This document shows positions 18,549 through 32,677 of a DNA stretch of 64,000 nucleotides, piece after piece. Each line of letters begins with the position of its first letter. Within the stretch, counting starts at the first letter, position 1. A model generated the notes under the pieces. The model worked only from the letters and a program-made list of their open reading frames with translations. It made no database searches and was not told the origin of the DNA. The DNA is from Ilumatobacteraceae bacterium. Lineage in GTDB: Bacteria > Actinomycetota > Acidimicrobiia > Acidimicrobiales > Ilumatobacteraceae. The DNA is taken from contig JAYSPV010000112.1 in the NCBI GenBank assembly GCA_043721915.1, positions 6,386 through 70,385 of the forward strand, read 5' to 3'. The position numbers and the translations under genes are program-made.

Positions 18549-19958
18549 TCAGCCGGTGGTGTCGATGAAGATGTTCTTCAGCTCGGTGTAGTGGCTGAGA
18601 ACCGTCATCGAGTGCTCGCGACCCAGACCGCTCTGCTTGAAGCCACCGAACGGCGTCCAGTAGCGCACCGACGAGTTGGAGTTGACGCTGATCGTGCCGG
18701 CCTCCATCGCCCGCGACACACGCAGCGCCTTGGCCCCGTCGCGGGTCCACACAGAACCCGACAGGCCGAACTCGCTGTCGTTGCAGAGGCGGATCGCGTC
18801 GGCTTCATCGTCGAACGGGATGACCACCACGACCGGCCCGAAGATCTCCTCGCGCACGACGCGCGCATCGGGATCCGTGGGGGTGGCGATCATCGTCGGG
18901 TGCCAATAGCCGGGGCCGGCGGGCACGTCGCTGGTGAACACGGTGTCGAGCCCTTCGCTGAAACCGCGCACGGTGGCCAGGTGCTCCTTGGTGACCAGCG
19001 GGCCCATCGCACTGTCGGGCGACATCGGGTCGCCGATGGTGAACGCCTTCGTCGCCTCGACCAGCAGTCCGAGGAACCGATCGAACACCGAACGCTCCAC
19101 CAGGATGCGGCTGCGCGCGCAGCAGTCCTGGCCGCTGTTGTCGAACACCGCGCCGGGCGCGGCTGCAGCCGCCTTCTCGAGATCGGCGTCCGCGAACACG
19201 ATGTTGGCGCTCTTGCCGCCGAGCTCGAGCGTCACCCTCTTCACCTGCTCGGCGCACCCGGCCATGATCCGTTTGCCGACCTCGGTGCTGCCCGTGAACG
19301 ACACCTTGCGCACGTCGGGATGGGTGACGAAGCGCCATCCGACGTTGCTGCCACTGCCGACGACCACGTTGATGACACCCTCGGGGATGCCGGCCTCCAG
19401 CGCTAACTCACCGAGTCGCACGCTCGTGTGCGGGGTGATCTCGGCGGGCTTGAGCACGGCGGTGTTGCCGGCAGCGATGGCCGGGCCGAGCTTCCACCCG
19501 GCCATCATCATCGGGAAGTTCCACGGAGCGATCAGGCCGACCACACCCAACGGCTCGGGGAAGGTGAGGTTCACGCCGTTGGGCACCGGCAGCGTGGCGC
19601 CACCGAACTTCTCGATCCCACCCGCGAAGTAGTGCATCACGTTGGACGCGTTGTTGGCACACCACACGCTGTTGCCGATGGTCATCCCCATGTTGCGGGT
19701 CTCCATCTCGCCCAGCTCCTGCGCATGGTCGGCGATCACGTCGGCGTAGCGCCGCATCAGGCGCGCCCGGTCGGCAGGGCTGATCGCACGCCAGACGGGG
19801 CCGGCGGCCTTCGCTGTGGCGATTGCGGCGTCGGTCTCCTCCACCGTCGCCGACGGCAGGTTGGAGATCGCTTCTTCGGTGGTCGGGTTGTACAGGGTCA
19901 CGTTCGGCACAGCATCCGAGGGTAGTCCTCCACCGCTCGTGCGCCAGACTGGTGCCAT
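18549..19958 (-). CDS. NAD(P)-dependent aldehyde dehydrogenase
   Basis: FTGSTEVGKRIM, VTLELGGKSANIVF, GQDCCARSRILV (catalytic Cys) and EEIFGPVVVVIPF motifs. The start is uncertain. ATG 19958 overlaps the divergent puuD-like start, and GTG about 19910 (VPNVTLYNP) is an alternative. Confidence 0.88.
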   Translation of the reverse strand: MAPVWRTSGGGLPSDAVPNVTLYNPTTEEAISNLPSATVEETDAAIATAKAAGPVWRAISPADRARLMRRYADVIADHAQELGEMETRNMGMTIGNSVWCANNASNVMHYFAGGIEKFGGATLPVPNGVNLTFPEPLGVVGLIAPWNFPMMMAGWKLGPAIAAGNTAVLKPAEITPHTSVRLGELALEAGIPEGVINVVVGSGSNVGWRFVTHPDVRKVSFTGSTEVGKRIMAGCAEQVKRVTLELGGKSANIVFADADLEKAAAAAPGAVFDNSGQDCCARSRILVERSVFDRFLGLLVEATKAFTIGDPMSPDSAMGPLVTKEHLATVRGFSEGLDTVFTSDVPAGPGYWHPTMIATPTDPDARVVREEIFGPVVVVIPFDDEADAIRLCNDSEFGLSGSVWTRDGAKALRVSRAMEAGTISVNSNSSVRYWTPFGGFKQSGLGREHSMTVLSHYTELKNIFIDTTG

Positions 19959-20679
19959 GAGTCAGCCGCCTCCCCTCATCGCCCTCTGTGCGCGGGTGCT
20001 CACCTTCTCCGACGAGGGCAAGCGCGATGCCTACAGCAGCAGCCAGCCCTACTCACGTGCCGTCGCTCGCGCCGGCGGCGTACCCGTGCTGGTGCCCCCG
20101 ATCAAGGAGCTGACCGAGAACGCGCTCACCGTGCTGCAGCACTTCGACGGTGTGTTGCTGCCTGGTGGCGGCGACGTCGATCCCCGTCGCTACGGCCAGG
20201 AGCCCACCGACGACAGCCTGTACGGAATCGCCGAGTTGCACGACGACCTCGACATCGCCGTGTGCCTCGCCGCGATCGAGTTGGATCTGCCGATGCTCGC
20301 GCTGTGCCGCGGCATGCAGGTGCTCAACGTCGCACTCGGCGGGACGCTGCAGCAGGACATCGGCACCAGCGATCATTGGATGCGCGAACACACCGTGGAC
20401 CTCACGCCGGGTTGCAAGATTGCCCAAGCGTGCGGCACCGAACACCTCGAGCACTGCCACTCCGTACACCACCAGGGCATCGACCGATTGGCCAACCCAC
20501 TGGTCGCGTGCGGCTGGGCCACCGACGGCCAGCTGGAAGCCGTCGAGTTGCCGACGGCGACGTGGATCGTCGGCGCGCAATGGCACCCGGAGGACACGGC
20601 CTCGCGAGCGCCACATCAGCAAGCGCTCTACGACGAACTGATTCGCCGCGCCGCAGCCGGCGCCGTCGCGCTCGTCTGA
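19957..20679 (+). CDS. puuD: Gamma-glutamyl-gamma-aminobutyrate hydrolase family protein (peptidase C26), copy 1
   Basis: LLPGGGDVDPRRYG, LALCRGMQVLNVALGGTLQQDI (nucleophile Cys) and VGAQWHPE motifs. ATG 19957 is in frame within tracked ORF 19816..20679. Confidence 0.8.
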   Translation: MSQPPPLIALCARVLTFSDEGKRDAYSSSQPYSRAVARAGGVPVLVPPIKELTENALTVLQHFDGVLLPGGGDVDPRRYGQEPTDDSLYGIAELHDDLDIAVCLAAIELDLPMLALCRGMQVLNVALGGTLQQDIGTSDHWMREHTVDLTPGCKIAQACGTEHLEHCHSVHHQGIDRLANPLVACGWATDGQLEAVELPTATWIVGAQWHPEDTASRAPHQQALYDELIRRAAAGAVALV

Positions 20680-20699
20680 CCCGTGCTTATGCTGCACGG

Positions 20700-21389
20700 G
20701 TGAACCCGCTCGTGCTCATCGTCGGCCGTTACACCTCGGAAGCGAAGGGGGTGCGCGGCGAGCCGTTCGCAGCCGGCCGACGCTACTTCGAGGCGGTCGC
20801 CCGTGCGGGCGGCATGCCGTTGATGCTGCCACCGATCCCCTCGCTGATCCGCGACATCCCCGATCTGATCCGCCAGGTCGACGCGATCGTGCTGCACGGC
20901 GGGGGAGACGTGGATCCGCGCCACTACGGCCAGGAAGCCACGGCCGAGCAGCTGTACGGCATCGTGCCCGAACACGACGACGTGGAGTTGGCGGTGGTAC
21001 GAGCCGCGCTCGATCTGGGCGCACCGATGCTGGCGATCTGTCGCGGCATCCAGGTGCTCAACGTCGCGATGGGCGGCACTCTGCACCAGGACATCGGCAC
21101 GGAAGCCCACTGGTTCACACACCACGAGGTTGCCCTGGAGCCCGCCTCGCGGATCGCAAAGGCGATCGGTAGCGACACACTGGCAGCCGGCCATTGCGTC
21201 CACCATCAGGCGCTCGATCGCGTTGCCGACGGGTTGACCGTCGTCGGCCGCACCACGGACGGCATCGTGCACGCAGCGGAGGTCGACGGCGACGCCTGGG
21301 TAGTGGCAACGCAGTGGCACCCCGAGGACACCGCCGACACCGACGCGCAGCAGCAGGCGCTGTTCACCGCACTCGTCGACAGCATCTGA
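20700..21389 (+). CDS. puuD: Gamma-glutamyl-gamma-aminobutyrate hydrolase family protein (peptidase C26), copy 2
   Basis: VLHGGGDVDPRHYG, LAICRGIQVLNVAMGGTLHQDI and VATQWHPE motifs. GTG 20700 (VNPLVLIVGRY) is in frame with tracked ORF 20262..21389, whose upstream part is Arg-rich shadow. Confidence 0.78.
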   Translation: MNPLVLIVGRYTSEAKGVRGEPFAAGRRYFEAVARAGGMPLMLPPIPSLIRDIPDLIRQVDAIVLHGGGDVDPRHYGQEATAEQLYGIVPEHDDVELAVVRAALDLGAPMLAICRGIQVLNVAMGGTLHQDIGTEAHWFTHHEVALEPASRIAKAIGSDTLAAGHCVHHQALDRVADGLTVVGRTTDGIVHAAEVDGDAWVVATQWHPEDTADTDAQQQALFTALVDSI

Positions 21390-21415
21390 ACCGGCTGGGC
21401 ACCGGCGCCGTCAAC

Positions 21416-21646
21416 TCAGGCAGAAGCCTTCCGGTAGTCGTGACGGGCGGCGAGGATCGACGAGACGGAGAGCGCAAGCAGGCCGAGCGCGAGACCGATC
21501 TCGAGGGAACCGTTGCCACCGTCGGGGTCGAGCCCGGTGAGCTCCTCGAACCATTCGCGGCTGAACAGCGTGACGACGAACAGGATCGAGCCGACCACCC
21601 CGGTGATCGCCTCGAACCAAAATCGTGCATGCAGGTCTCGACGCAT
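21416..21646 (-). CDS. Small two-TM membrane protein, hypothetical
   Basis: MRRDLHARFWFEAITGVVGSILFVVTLF...LEIGLALGLLALSVSSILAA has two hydrophobic helices. The start is taken at the internal ATG 21646. Confidence 0.5.
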   Translation of the reverse strand: MRRDLHARFWFEAITGVVGSILFVVTLFSREWFEELTGLDPDGGNGSLEIGLALGLLALSVSSILAARHDYRKASA

Positions 21647-21704
21647 CTCCGCTTCCTTTCGACGCCTGCGAGCATAGGTCGCCACAGGTGGCAGGATTCA
21701 GGAC

Positions 21705-24863
<3,159 letters not shown>

Positions 24864-24880
24864 GCCCGGCGGGCCTGCGG

Positions 24881-26395
24881 CTACGGGGTGATGTCGATCA
24901 GACGGCCCGGCAGGAAGCCGACCACGAGCGTGAAGGCAACCGACAGGCCGATCGCGACGCCAAGCAGCGCGGGGACCCGAACGGGCTCGCGTGCGTCGTC
25001 ACCCGCCTCGGGCTCGGCGATCCACATGCTGATCATGATCCGCAGGTAGAGGAAGGCGGCGATCACGGCCGACACCATCGCGATGATGGCGATCGCGTAG
25101 CTGCGCTCTTCCACGGCTGCCTGGATCACGCCGAACTTGGCGACGAACCCGCTGGTGAGCGGCACGCCGGCCTGGGCAAGCAGCAGCACCGTCATCGCCA
25201 GGGCCAGGGCCGGCTTGTTCTTGGCGAGACCGCGGAAACCGGCAAGCCCGGTGTCGGCATCGCCGGTGCGCCCGACGGCAGTGATCACGCCGAAGGTGCC
25301 CATCACCAGCACGGTGTAGATCATCAGATACATCAGCACCGACGAGACACCAGGCCCTGCGATGTCGCCGTCGCTGTGATGTGCCACCGCTTCGACGCCG
25401 ACGAGGATGAAGCCGGCATGGCTGATCGAGGAGAAGGCCAGCATCCGCTTGACGTTGGTCTGCACCACAGCCATCACCGAGCCGCCGACGAGGGTGAGCA
25501 CGGCGATCAGCCAGATCGCCGGCTGATAGTCGTCGCGCCACTGGGGCAACGCCTCCACCAACACCCGCACCAATGCGCCGAATGCCGCGGCCTTGCCTGC
25601 GGATGCCATGAACGCGGTGACCGGGGTGGGGGCACCCTCGTACACATCGGGCGTCCAGAAGTGGAACGGCACGGCCGCAACCTTGAACGCCAAGCCGACC
25701 AACAGCAGGGCAACGCCCGCGAGCACGAGCGCGTCGTTGCGCTTGTCGGTGCCGGTGATCGAGTCGAGTCCACGGACGATCTCGTCGAAACGAGTGCTGC
25801 CCGAGCCGCCGTAGACCAGCGCGACGCCGTAGAGGAAGAACGCCGACGAGAAGCCGCCGAGCACGAAGTACTTGATGCCACTCTCGAGACTCTCGATGCG
25901 CTTGCGATGGCTGGCTGCCATCACGTACATCGAGATCGAGAGGATCTCGAGACCGAGGAAGAGCACGATCAGGTCGTTGGCTGATGCCATGACCACGCCG
26001 CCGAGCGCAGCGAGCATGTACAGCACGTACAGCTCGGGGCCATCGAAGCCCTCGCGCCGCAGGTAGTCGTCGGTGAGCAGGGCAGCGAAGAAGACGGCGA
26101 CGGCAATGGCCAGCGTGAGCCACAATCCGAACTTGTCGAGGTGGATCGCGTCGCCGATCAGGCGGATCGGCCCCTTGTCGTCGACACGGAACCACAGGCT
26201 GACGGACAGCACTCCGGTGGCAACTGCAACGGCAGCCGTGTACAGGGCGTAGCAGCGCTTGGGCCACGCGGGCGTCAGCGAGGCAACGAGCAGCAGGACC
26301 ATGGCCCCACCCAGCAGGACGAGCAGCGGGCTGATCGCGAACCAGTCGATCTTCGGGCCTTGCAGTGTGTCGGCAGCGAACAACGCGCCCATCAC
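24881..26395 (-). CDS. nuoN: NADH-quinone oxidoreductase subunit N (operon 2)
   Basis: 504-aa polytopic ORF with FKVAAVPFHFWTPDVYEGAPTPVTAFMASAGKAAAF and AFSSISHAGFILVG motifs. The start overlaps the nuoM2 stop. Confidence 0.92.
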   Translation of the reverse strand: MMGALFAADTLQGPKIDWFAISPLLVLLGGAMVLLLVASLTPAWPKRCYALYTAAVAVATGVLSVSLWFRVDDKGPIRLIGDAIHLDKFGLWLTLAIAVAVFFAALLTDDYLRREGFDGPELYVLYMLAALGGVVMASANDLIVLFLGLEILSISMYVMAASHRKRIESLESGIKYFVLGGFSSAFFLYGVALVYGGSGSTRFDEIVRGLDSITGTDKRNDALVLAGVALLLVGLAFKVAAVPFHFWTPDVYEGAPTPVTAFMASAGKAAAFGALVRVLVEALPQWRDDYQPAIWLIAVLTLVGGSVMAVVQTNVKRMLAFSSISHAGFILVGVEAVAHHSDGDIAGPGVSSVLMYLMIYTVLVMGTFGVITAVGRTGDADTGLAGFRGLAKNKPALALAMTVLLLAQAGVPLTSGFVAKFGVIQAAVEERSYAIAIIAMVSAVIAAFLYLRIMISMWIAEPEAGDDAREPVRVPALLGVAIGLSVAFTLVVGFLPGRLIDITP

Positions 26396-27957
26396 CCTTC
26401 TCCCTCTTCCGAGGTGGCTTCGGACTCACCCTCGATGACGATGGGTTCCTTCGGGTCGGGCTGGGTGTAGCCGCCCTTGTCCTCGACGTGAGCGATCAGC
26501 TTGTTCACTGCCGGTTCGATGCGGCTGAGCATCGGCTTGGGATAGATGCCGGTGAACACGATCAGGCCGATGAACGGCAACAGCAGTGCAGCTTCCTTCC
26601 ACTTCAGCTCGGCGAACGACTTGTTGTCCTCGTCGGGCTCGCCATGGAACACCCGCTGGTAGGCCCATAGCAGGTAGAGCGAGGCAAGGATCACACCGGT
26701 GGCACCGACGACGACCCACCAGTGGGCCGTTGCGAACGAGCCGATGAGGATCATGAACTCGCCGACGAACCCATTGAGTCCTGGCACGCCGATGCTGGAG
26801 AGCATGATGATCATGAACGCAGCGGCGAACACCGGCGCCACCTTCTGGAGGCCCTTCAGCTTGGCGATCTCACGCGTGTGGCGGCGCTCATAGATCATGC
26901 CGACCATGAGGAACAACGCGCCGGTGGACAAGCCGTGGCTGATGTTCTGGAGCACCGCACCAGACATCGCGGTGGTCGTGACCGCGAACGTGCCGAGCAC
27001 GATGAACCCGAGGTGAGCGACCGACGAATACGCAACCAGACGCTTGAGGTCGGTCTGCATCGTGGCAGCGATCGCGCCCCACAGGATGCCGATCACCGCC
27101 AACGTGAAGAACAGCGGCCGCGCCCACAGCGCGGCTTCGGGGAACAGGTAGACCCCGAAGCGCAACAGCCCGTAGGTACCCATCTTCAACAGCACGCCGG
27201 CGAGGATCACCGAGCCGCCGGTGGGTGCCTGGGTGTGCGCGTCGGGGAGCCACGTGTGCAGCGGGAACAACGGGATCTTCACCGCGAACGCGATCGCGAA
27301 GGCGAAGAACAACCAGCGCCCGGTGGAGGCGGCGAAGTCGGCGTTCTCGGCGATCTTGATCAGGTCGAAGGTGACCGAACCGCCCTCGCCCGCCTTGGCG
27401 AGCACCGCCGTGGCGATGATGCCCACGAGCATGAAGGCCGAGCCGACCATCGTGAACAGGAAGAACTTCGTGGCCGCGTACACGCGGTTGTCGTAGCCCC
27501 AGCCACCGATGAGGAAGTACATCGGCACCAGAACGATTTCGAAGAACACGAAGAACAGGAACAGATCGAGGCTGATGAACGAACCCATCACCCCGGCCTC
27601 GAGCAGCAGCATCCACGACAGGTAGCGCTTGTGGTCGTGGTGCGGATCGATGCCCGCGATCACCAGCGGGAACAGGATGCCGGTGAGTACCACCAGGAAC
27701 AGCGAGATGCCATCCACCCCGAGGTGCCAGGAGATGCCCCACGGCTTGATCCAGCTGTGTTCCGACGTGAACTGAAAGCCGGCATCAGCCGTCTTGAAGG
27801 CGAACAGCACCCACAACGCCATTGCACCGGTGAGCACGCTGGTGAGCAGCGCCGTGATCTTGACGAGATCCGGGTGTCGCTTCGAGATCAGCGCAACAGC
27901 TGCGGCGCCGATCGCCGGCACGAGCACCAGCAGCGTGAGAATCGGGAACTCGATCAC
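26392..27957 (-). CDS. nuoM: NADH-quinone oxidoreductase subunit M (operon 2)
   Basis: FPLHTWLPDAHTQAPTGGSVILAGVLLKMGTYG and AYSSVAHLGFIVLG motifs. GTG 27957 ([10 protein letters not shown]) forms a GTGA overlap with the nuoL2 stop. Confidence 0.9.
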   Translation of the reverse strand: MIEFPILTLLVLVPAIGAAAVALISKRHPDLVKITALLTSVLTGAMALWVLFAFKTADAGFQFTSEHSWIKPWGISWHLGVDGISLFLVVLTGILFPLVIAGIDPHHDHKRYLSWMLLLEAGVMGSFISLDLFLFFVFFEIVLVPMYFLIGGWGYDNRVYAATKFFLFTMVGSAFMLVGIIATAVLAKAGEGGSVTFDLIKIAENADFAASTGRWLFFAFAIAFAVKIPLFPLHTWLPDAHTQAPTGGSVILAGVLLKMGTYGLLRFGVYLFPEAALWARPLFFTLAVIGILWGAIAATMQTDLKRLVAYSSVAHLGFIVLGTFAVTTTAMSGAVLQNISHGLSTGALFLMVGMIYERRHTREIAKLKGLQKVAPVFAAAFMIIMLSSIGVPGLNGFVGEFMILIGSFATAHWWVVVGATGVILASLYLLWAYQRVFHGEPDEDNKSFAELKWKEAALLLPFIGLIVFTGIYPKPMLSRIEPAVNKLIAHVEDKGGYTQPDPKEPIVIEGESEATSEEGEG

Positions 27958-29921
27958 AGCATCCCCCGGACGACGACGAACCACACGAGCAGCATCACGA
28001 CGCCGGCCCCGATGGCCGCCGCGTAGTTGCGGATGTTGCCGCTCTGCAGCAACCTCACCTTGCCGGCGGTGCCGCGGACGAGCGCACCGGTGCCGTTGAC
28101 GGCACCGTCGACGACGTTGGCATCTGCCCACGCGACACCGTCGAAGGCCTTGCGACCGGGTCCGCCCATGAAGTCACTGACCGCCTTGTCGTAGCCCCAG
28201 GCGTTGGCAAGGATCGCCGGCTCGATCGGCTTGGCCTTGTGCTTGGCGTAGACCATGATCGCGGCCGCAATTCCGGCCAGCGCGACCGCGATGGCAACGA
28301 AGGCAAGGATGCCGCTGAGGTCGTACGCGTCGGTGGACAGCGGGTGTTCGCCGAATTCGACGACAGGCTCGAGCCACGCCTCCAGCTTGTGCTGGATGCC
28401 GTAAGGGATCCAGCCCCAGCTGGGCAGTTGGATGAGGCCACCAACGATCGACAGAGCGGCCAACACCACCAGCGGCGCGACCATCGTGGCCGGGCTCTCG
28501 TGCGGGGTGTTGTCGCCACTCGCATGCAGGTCGCCGTGGGCGCCGTGCTCCTCGTGAGCATCCTCCCAGCGGGCCTTGCCGAAGAAGACCATGATCACCT
28601 GGCGGGTCATGTAGTAGGCGGTGAGCAGCGCCGTCGCGAGGCCGACGACGTACAGGACCGGGCTCTTGTCGTAGGCGAACAACAGGATCTCGTCCTTGCT
28701 CCAGAAGCCGGCAAACGGCGGTACGCCGGCGATGGCCAGCCAGCCGATGATGAACGTGCCGGCCGTGATCGGCATCAGCACGCGCAGCGCGCCCATCTTG
28801 CGCATGTCCTGCTCGTGGTGCATGCCGTGGATCACCGAGCCGGAGCCGAGGAAGAGCAGTGCCTTGAAGAACGCATGGGTGACCATGTGGAAGATGGCGG
28901 CCACGTAGGCGCCCGAACCAACGGCCAGGAACATGTACCCCAGCTGACTGACCGTGGAGTACGCGAGCACCTTCTTGATGTCGTTCTGGGCGACAGCGAC
29001 CGTCGCGGCGAACAGCGCCGTTGCGGCACCGACACCGGCGATGATCCAGCCGGCGTACTCGGCGCTCACCGACAGGATCGGGTTGATGCGCACCATCAGG
29101 TAGACACCGGCGGTCACCATCGTTGCTGCATGGATGAGCGCCGATACCGGGGTGGGGCCCTCCATCGCGTCGGGCAGCCACAGGTAGAGCGGCAGCTGGG
29201 CGCTCTTGCCACAGGCGCCGATGAAGCTGAACAGGGCGATCGCCGTGGCCGTGGTCTGGGCCATGCCACCGGCCACACCAACCGACTCTGCAGCGTGGTT
29301 GATCACCGAATAGTCGAGCGAGCCGACGGCCCAGAAGGCGAAGAACATCGCCATCATGAAGCCCCAGTCGCCGACGCGGTTGGTGACGAACGCCTTCTTG
29401 CCAGCGGTGGCTGCGCTGTCCTTCTCGTGCCAGAAGCTGATCAGGAAGTACGAGCAGGTGCCGACGCCTTCCCAACCGAGGAAGGTGACCAGCATGTTCG
29501 AACCGAGCACCAGCATCAGCATGCTGAACGCGAACAGGTTGAGGTACAAGAAAAACTTGCTGAAGCGGTTGTCGCCGTGCATGTAGCCGACGGCGTAGAG
29601 GTGGATCAGCGTGCCGATGCCGGTGACGAACAGGCACATCGTGATGCTCAGCGGATCCGCGAGGAACGCGAGATCGATCGACAGTGAGTTGCCCAACGGC
29701 ACCCACTGGAACAGCGTCTTGACCGCATGTCGCTCTTCGGCGGTCTTCGACATCAGGTCGAAGAACACGCCGACCGTGACGAGGAAGGAGGCCCCCACCA
29801 TCGCTGTGGCGAAATAGCCGGACTTGGGGTCGCCCATCTTGCGGCCGAACACGAGGATGCACAGGAACCCGGCGAGCGGTAGCGCGGGAATCAACCAGAC
29901 GAGGTCGAGCATCGTCATCAA
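27954..29921 (-). CDS. nuoL: NADH-quinone oxidoreductase subunit L (operon 2)
   Basis: 655-aa ORF with [54 protein letters not shown] and [12 protein letters not shown] motifs. Confidence 0.92.
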   Translation of the reverse strand: MMTMLDLVWLIPALPLAGFLCILVFGRKMGDPKSGYFATAMVGASFLVTVGVFFDLMSKTAEERHAVKTLFQWVPLGNSLSIDLAFLADPLSITMCLFVTGIGTLIHLYAVGYMHGDNRFSKFFLYLNLFAFSMLMLVLGSNMLVTFLGWEGVGTCSYFLISFWHEKDSAATAGKKAFVTNRVGDWGFMMAMFFAFWAVGSLDYSVINHAAESVGVAGGMAQTTATAIALFSFIGACGKSAQLPLYLWLPDAMEGPTPVSALIHAATMVTAGVYLMVRINPILSVSAEYAGWIIAGVGAATALFAATVAVAQNDIKKVLAYSTVSQLGYMFLAVGSGAYVAAIFHMVTHAFFKALLFLGSGSVIHGMHHEQDMRKMGALRVLMPITAGTFIIGWLAIAGVPPFAGFWSKDEILLFAYDKSPVLYVVGLATALLTAYYMTRQVIMVFFGKARWEDAHEEHGAHGDLHASGDNTPHESPATMVAPLVVLAALSIVGGLIQLPSWGWIPYGIQHKLEAWLEPVVEFGEHPLSTDAYDLSGILAFVAIAVALAGIAAAIMVYAKHKAKPIEPAILANAWGYDKAVSDFMGGPGRKAFDGVAWADANVVDGAVNGTGALVRGTAGKVRLLQSGNIRNYAAAIGAGVVMLLVWFVVVRGML

Positions 29922-30238
29922 CCCTTCAACTCGGCCATGTCGTCGGTGGTGGCATTGGGCTTGCGGCGCAGGATGGCGACCACGATGCCCAAGCCCACGA
30001 CCACTTCAGCAGCGGCCACGACCATCACGAAGAACACCGTCGTCTGCCCGCCGATGTCGCCCAACCGCCGGGCCAGCGCCACGAAGGTGAGGTTGACCGC
30101 GTTCAGCATCAGCTCGATGCACATGAACAGCACCAACGGGTTGCGGCGCACCATCACACCCACGACGCCGATGGAGAACAGCAGCGCAGCCAGCAGCAGG
30201 TACCACGTGGTGGTCACCTGCCAGATCGAGGCGATCAT
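29918..30238 (-). CDS. nuoK: NADH-quinone oxidoreductase subunit K (operon 2)
   Basis: 106-aa, 3-TM ORF with [18 protein letters not shown]...[19 protein letters not shown]. Confidence 0.9.
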   Translation of the reverse strand: MIASIWQVTTTWYLLLAALLFSIGVVGVMVRRNPLVLFMCIELMLNAVNLTFVALARRLGDIGGQTTVFFVMVVAAAEVVVGLGIVVAILRRKPNATTDDMAELKG

Positions 30239-30810
30239 CTCGTGCCCACCTCTTCACCGCTGGCCGGGGCGATCTCGCCCGGCTTGGGCTTGCGTGCAAG
30301 CATCACCGTGGCGACCACGGCGATCACCAGCAGCACCGAGGTGAGTTCGAACGCGAGGACGTGATCGCTGAACAGGTCGCGGGCGAGTGCCTTGATGTTG
30401 GAGTTCTGCGGATCGAGCGCCGCAGCCTGCACCGCATCACTCTGCACGACCTCGGGGACCGGCGCTTTGCGAGATGCGATCACTGCCATCCCGATCAGCA
30501 CCAGCAGGCCTGCACCCACCGCGACCGCCGCCGGGCGCTGCACCTTGAACGGCTCGATGCGGAGATCTTCTGCGTTGTCGACGCCGAGCAACATGATCAC
30601 GAACAGGAACAGCACGACGATCGCACCGGCGTACACGATCACCTGGACGGCAGCCAGGAAGTCGGCCTCCATCGAAATGAACAGTACGGCGATGCCGAAC
30701 AGCGTGAGGATCAGGCTGAGCGCGGCGTGCACCGGATGGTTGCGCACGATCACACCGACTGCGCCACCGAGCACCATCGCTCCAGCGACGATGAAGACGA
30801 AGAACTCCAT
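30235..30810 (-). CDS. nuoJ: NADH-quinone oxidoreductase subunit J (operon 2)
   Basis: [78 protein letters not shown] 30810 overlaps the nuoI2 stop (ATGA). The upstream part of the tracked ORF is shadow over nuoI2. Confidence 0.88.
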   Translation of the reverse strand: MEFFVFIVAGAMVLGGAVGVIVRNHPVHAALSLILTLFGIAVLFISMEADFLAAVQVIVYAGAIVVLFLFVIMLLGVDNAEDLRIEPFKVQRPAAVAVGAGLLVLIGMAVIASRKAPVPEVVQSDAVQAAALDPQNSNIKALARDLFSDHVLAFELTSVLLVIAVVATVMLARKPKPGEIAPASGEEVGTR

Positions 30811-31445
30811 CAGTCCGCCGGCCTCTCTGCGGCGCGCACGCCGTAGCCGAGCTCGTTGCTCCAGCCGACCTCGCCAACGAAGTCGGCGTCGCCGCCCGGC
30901 GACGTGGCGCGCATCCACCCGCTGGTGAGCAGGTCTTCGCCTTCGCGCCAGTCTTCCCATGGCATCTGCTGCGGCTTGCCGTCGTCTCCGACCACCAGTT
31001 CGGCCTTCGTGTAGACGGCGTCCGCGCGGCTGGTGAAGCTGAACTCGAACAGCTTGGTCTCGGTGATCGCCTCGGTCGGGCAGGCCTCGACGCACAGGTC
31101 GCAGTGGATGCAGCGCAGGTAGTTGATCTCGTAGACGAACCCGAAGCGCTCGCCTGGCGACGTGGGGTTCTGCGGATCGTTGTCGGCGCCACGCACCAGG
31201 ATGCACTTCGCCGGGCACACACCGGCGCACAGCTCGCACCCGATGCACTTCTCCATTCCGTCCTCGTACCTGTTGAGTACGTGACGGCCGTGAAGGCGTT
31301 CGGGCTTCGCGATCTTCTCGTCGCGGCCTTCGGTGGCCTTGCCCTTCTTCGCGACGCGACCACCGGAGTAGGAGGTGGTGACGCGCTCGCCACCGAACAC
31401 TTTGTGCTGCTTCAGCGTGACGAGGAATCCATCGAGGTAACCCAT
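30810..31445 (-). CDS. nuoI: NADH-quinone oxidoreductase subunit I (operon 2)
   Basis: [12 protein letters not shown] and [12 protein letters not shown], the two [4Fe-4S] motifs. Confidence 0.92.
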   Translation of the reverse strand: MGYLDGFLVTLKQHKVFGGERVTTSYSGGRVAKKGKATEGRDEKIAKPERLHGRHVLNRYEDGMEKCIGCELCAGVCPAKCILVRGADNDPQNPTSPGERFGFVYEINYLRCIHCDLCVEACPTEAITETKLFEFSFTSRADAVYTKAELVVGDDGKPQQMPWEDWREGEDLLTSGWMRATSPGGDADFVGEVGWSNELGYGVRAAERPAD

Positions 31446-32677
31446 CAGAACATCGCCCCCTCTCGTTCACGGTTGCGGGCACTCACCTTGGAAGCCAGAC
31501 GCAGGAGCCCCGCGCCAGCCAGCATCACGAGCAGGCCGATGACACCGGCGACGATGCGCTCCGGCCGCGACCAACCCTTGTCGCTGCCCACCCGGAACAC
31601 GGCGATGAGCATGAACCAGCCCAGCGACAGCGGGATCAGCAGCTTCCAGCCGAGGTTCATCAGCTGGTCGTAGCGCATACGAGGCAGCGTCGCACGGAAC
31701 CATACGTACACGTACAGGAAGACGAGCACCTTCGCCAGCAACCAGACGGTGCCACTGAACGGCCCGAGGAACGACAGCACGTTGGCCAGCCGGCCATCGC
31801 CGAGGCGCAGCGGCTGCGGGCCGCCGAAGAACAACGTGACGATCACGCCGCTCATCGTGATCGTGTTCATGAACTCGGCCAGGAAGAACAGGGCGAACCG
31901 GATGCTGGAGTACTCGGTGTTGAAGCCGCCGACGAGCTCTTGTTCGGCCTCCACCAGATCGAAGGGGGGCCGGTTGAGCTCTGCGGTGGCGGCGATCAGG
32001 AAGATCACGAACGGCAAGACGCCGGTGGCCACCACATGCCAGCGGGTGAAACTGGTCTGCGAGGTGACGATGCCGTTGGTGCTGAGGGTGCCGGCGATGA
32101 GGATCACCGTCGCGAGGCTGAGGCCGAGTGCCGCCTCGTAGCTGACCATCTGAGCCGAGGCCCGGACAGAGCCGAGCAGCGGGTACTTCGAGCCCGAGCT
32201 CCAACCGGCGAGCATGATGCCGTACACGGCGACGCTGGACAACGCCAGCAACAACAGCACACCGACGGGCGGGTCGGCGAGCTGCAGCTTGGTTGCCTTG
32301 CCCAACAAGCTGACGGTGCCGTCCTTGCCGTTGCTGAAATCGCCGCCGAGCGGGATCACACTCCAGACCAGGAACGCCGGCACGAATGCCAGGTACGGCG
32401 CCAGCTTGAACACGAACCGGTTGCTCTTGTCGGGGATCAGATCTTCCTTGAAGAACAGCTTGATGCCGTCGGCGAGCGTCTGCAGCAGGCCCTTCGGGCC
32501 GGCCTTGTTCGGGCCGACGCGGTTCTGCATGTAGGAGATGACCTTGCGCTCGAACCACACCATCAACATGGTGCCGACGAGGCCGACGACGAAGACCACC
32601 AGGACCTTGATCAACACGACCAGGAACGCAGTGCTGAAGGTGGTGATCCCGTCGAGCAGTGGGTCGAGTGCAATCAT
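31445..32677 (-). CDS. nuoH: NADH-quinone oxidoreductase subunit H (operon 2)
   Basis: [37 protein letters not shown] and [26 protein letters not shown] motifs. Confidence 0.92.
   Translation of the reverse strand: MIALDPLLDGITTFSTAFLVVLIKVLVVFVVGLVGTMLMVWFERKVISYMQNRVGPNKAGPKGLLQTLADGIKLFFKEDLIPDKSNRFVFKLAPYLAFVPAFLVWSVIPLGGDFSNGKDGTVSLLGKATKLQLADPPVGVLLLLALSSVAVYGIMLAGWSSGSKYPLLGSVRASAQMVSYEAALGLSLATVILIAGTLSTNGIVTSQTSFTRWHVVATGVLPFVIFLIAATAELNRPPFDLVEAEQELVGGFNTEYSSIRFALFFLAEFMNTITMSGVIVTLFFGGPQPLRLGDGRLANVLSFLGPFSGTVWLLAKVLVFLYVYVWFRATLPRMRYDQLMNLGWKLLIPLSLGWFMLIAVFRVGSDKGWSRPERIVAGVIGLLVMLAGAGLLRLASKVSARNREREGAMF

Noticed and set aside
24864-24880. The 17-bp gap between the convergent BNR-repeat gene and nuoN2, considered as a bidirectional terminator.
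   Set aside because: I could find no self-complementary stem of useful length in the gap.
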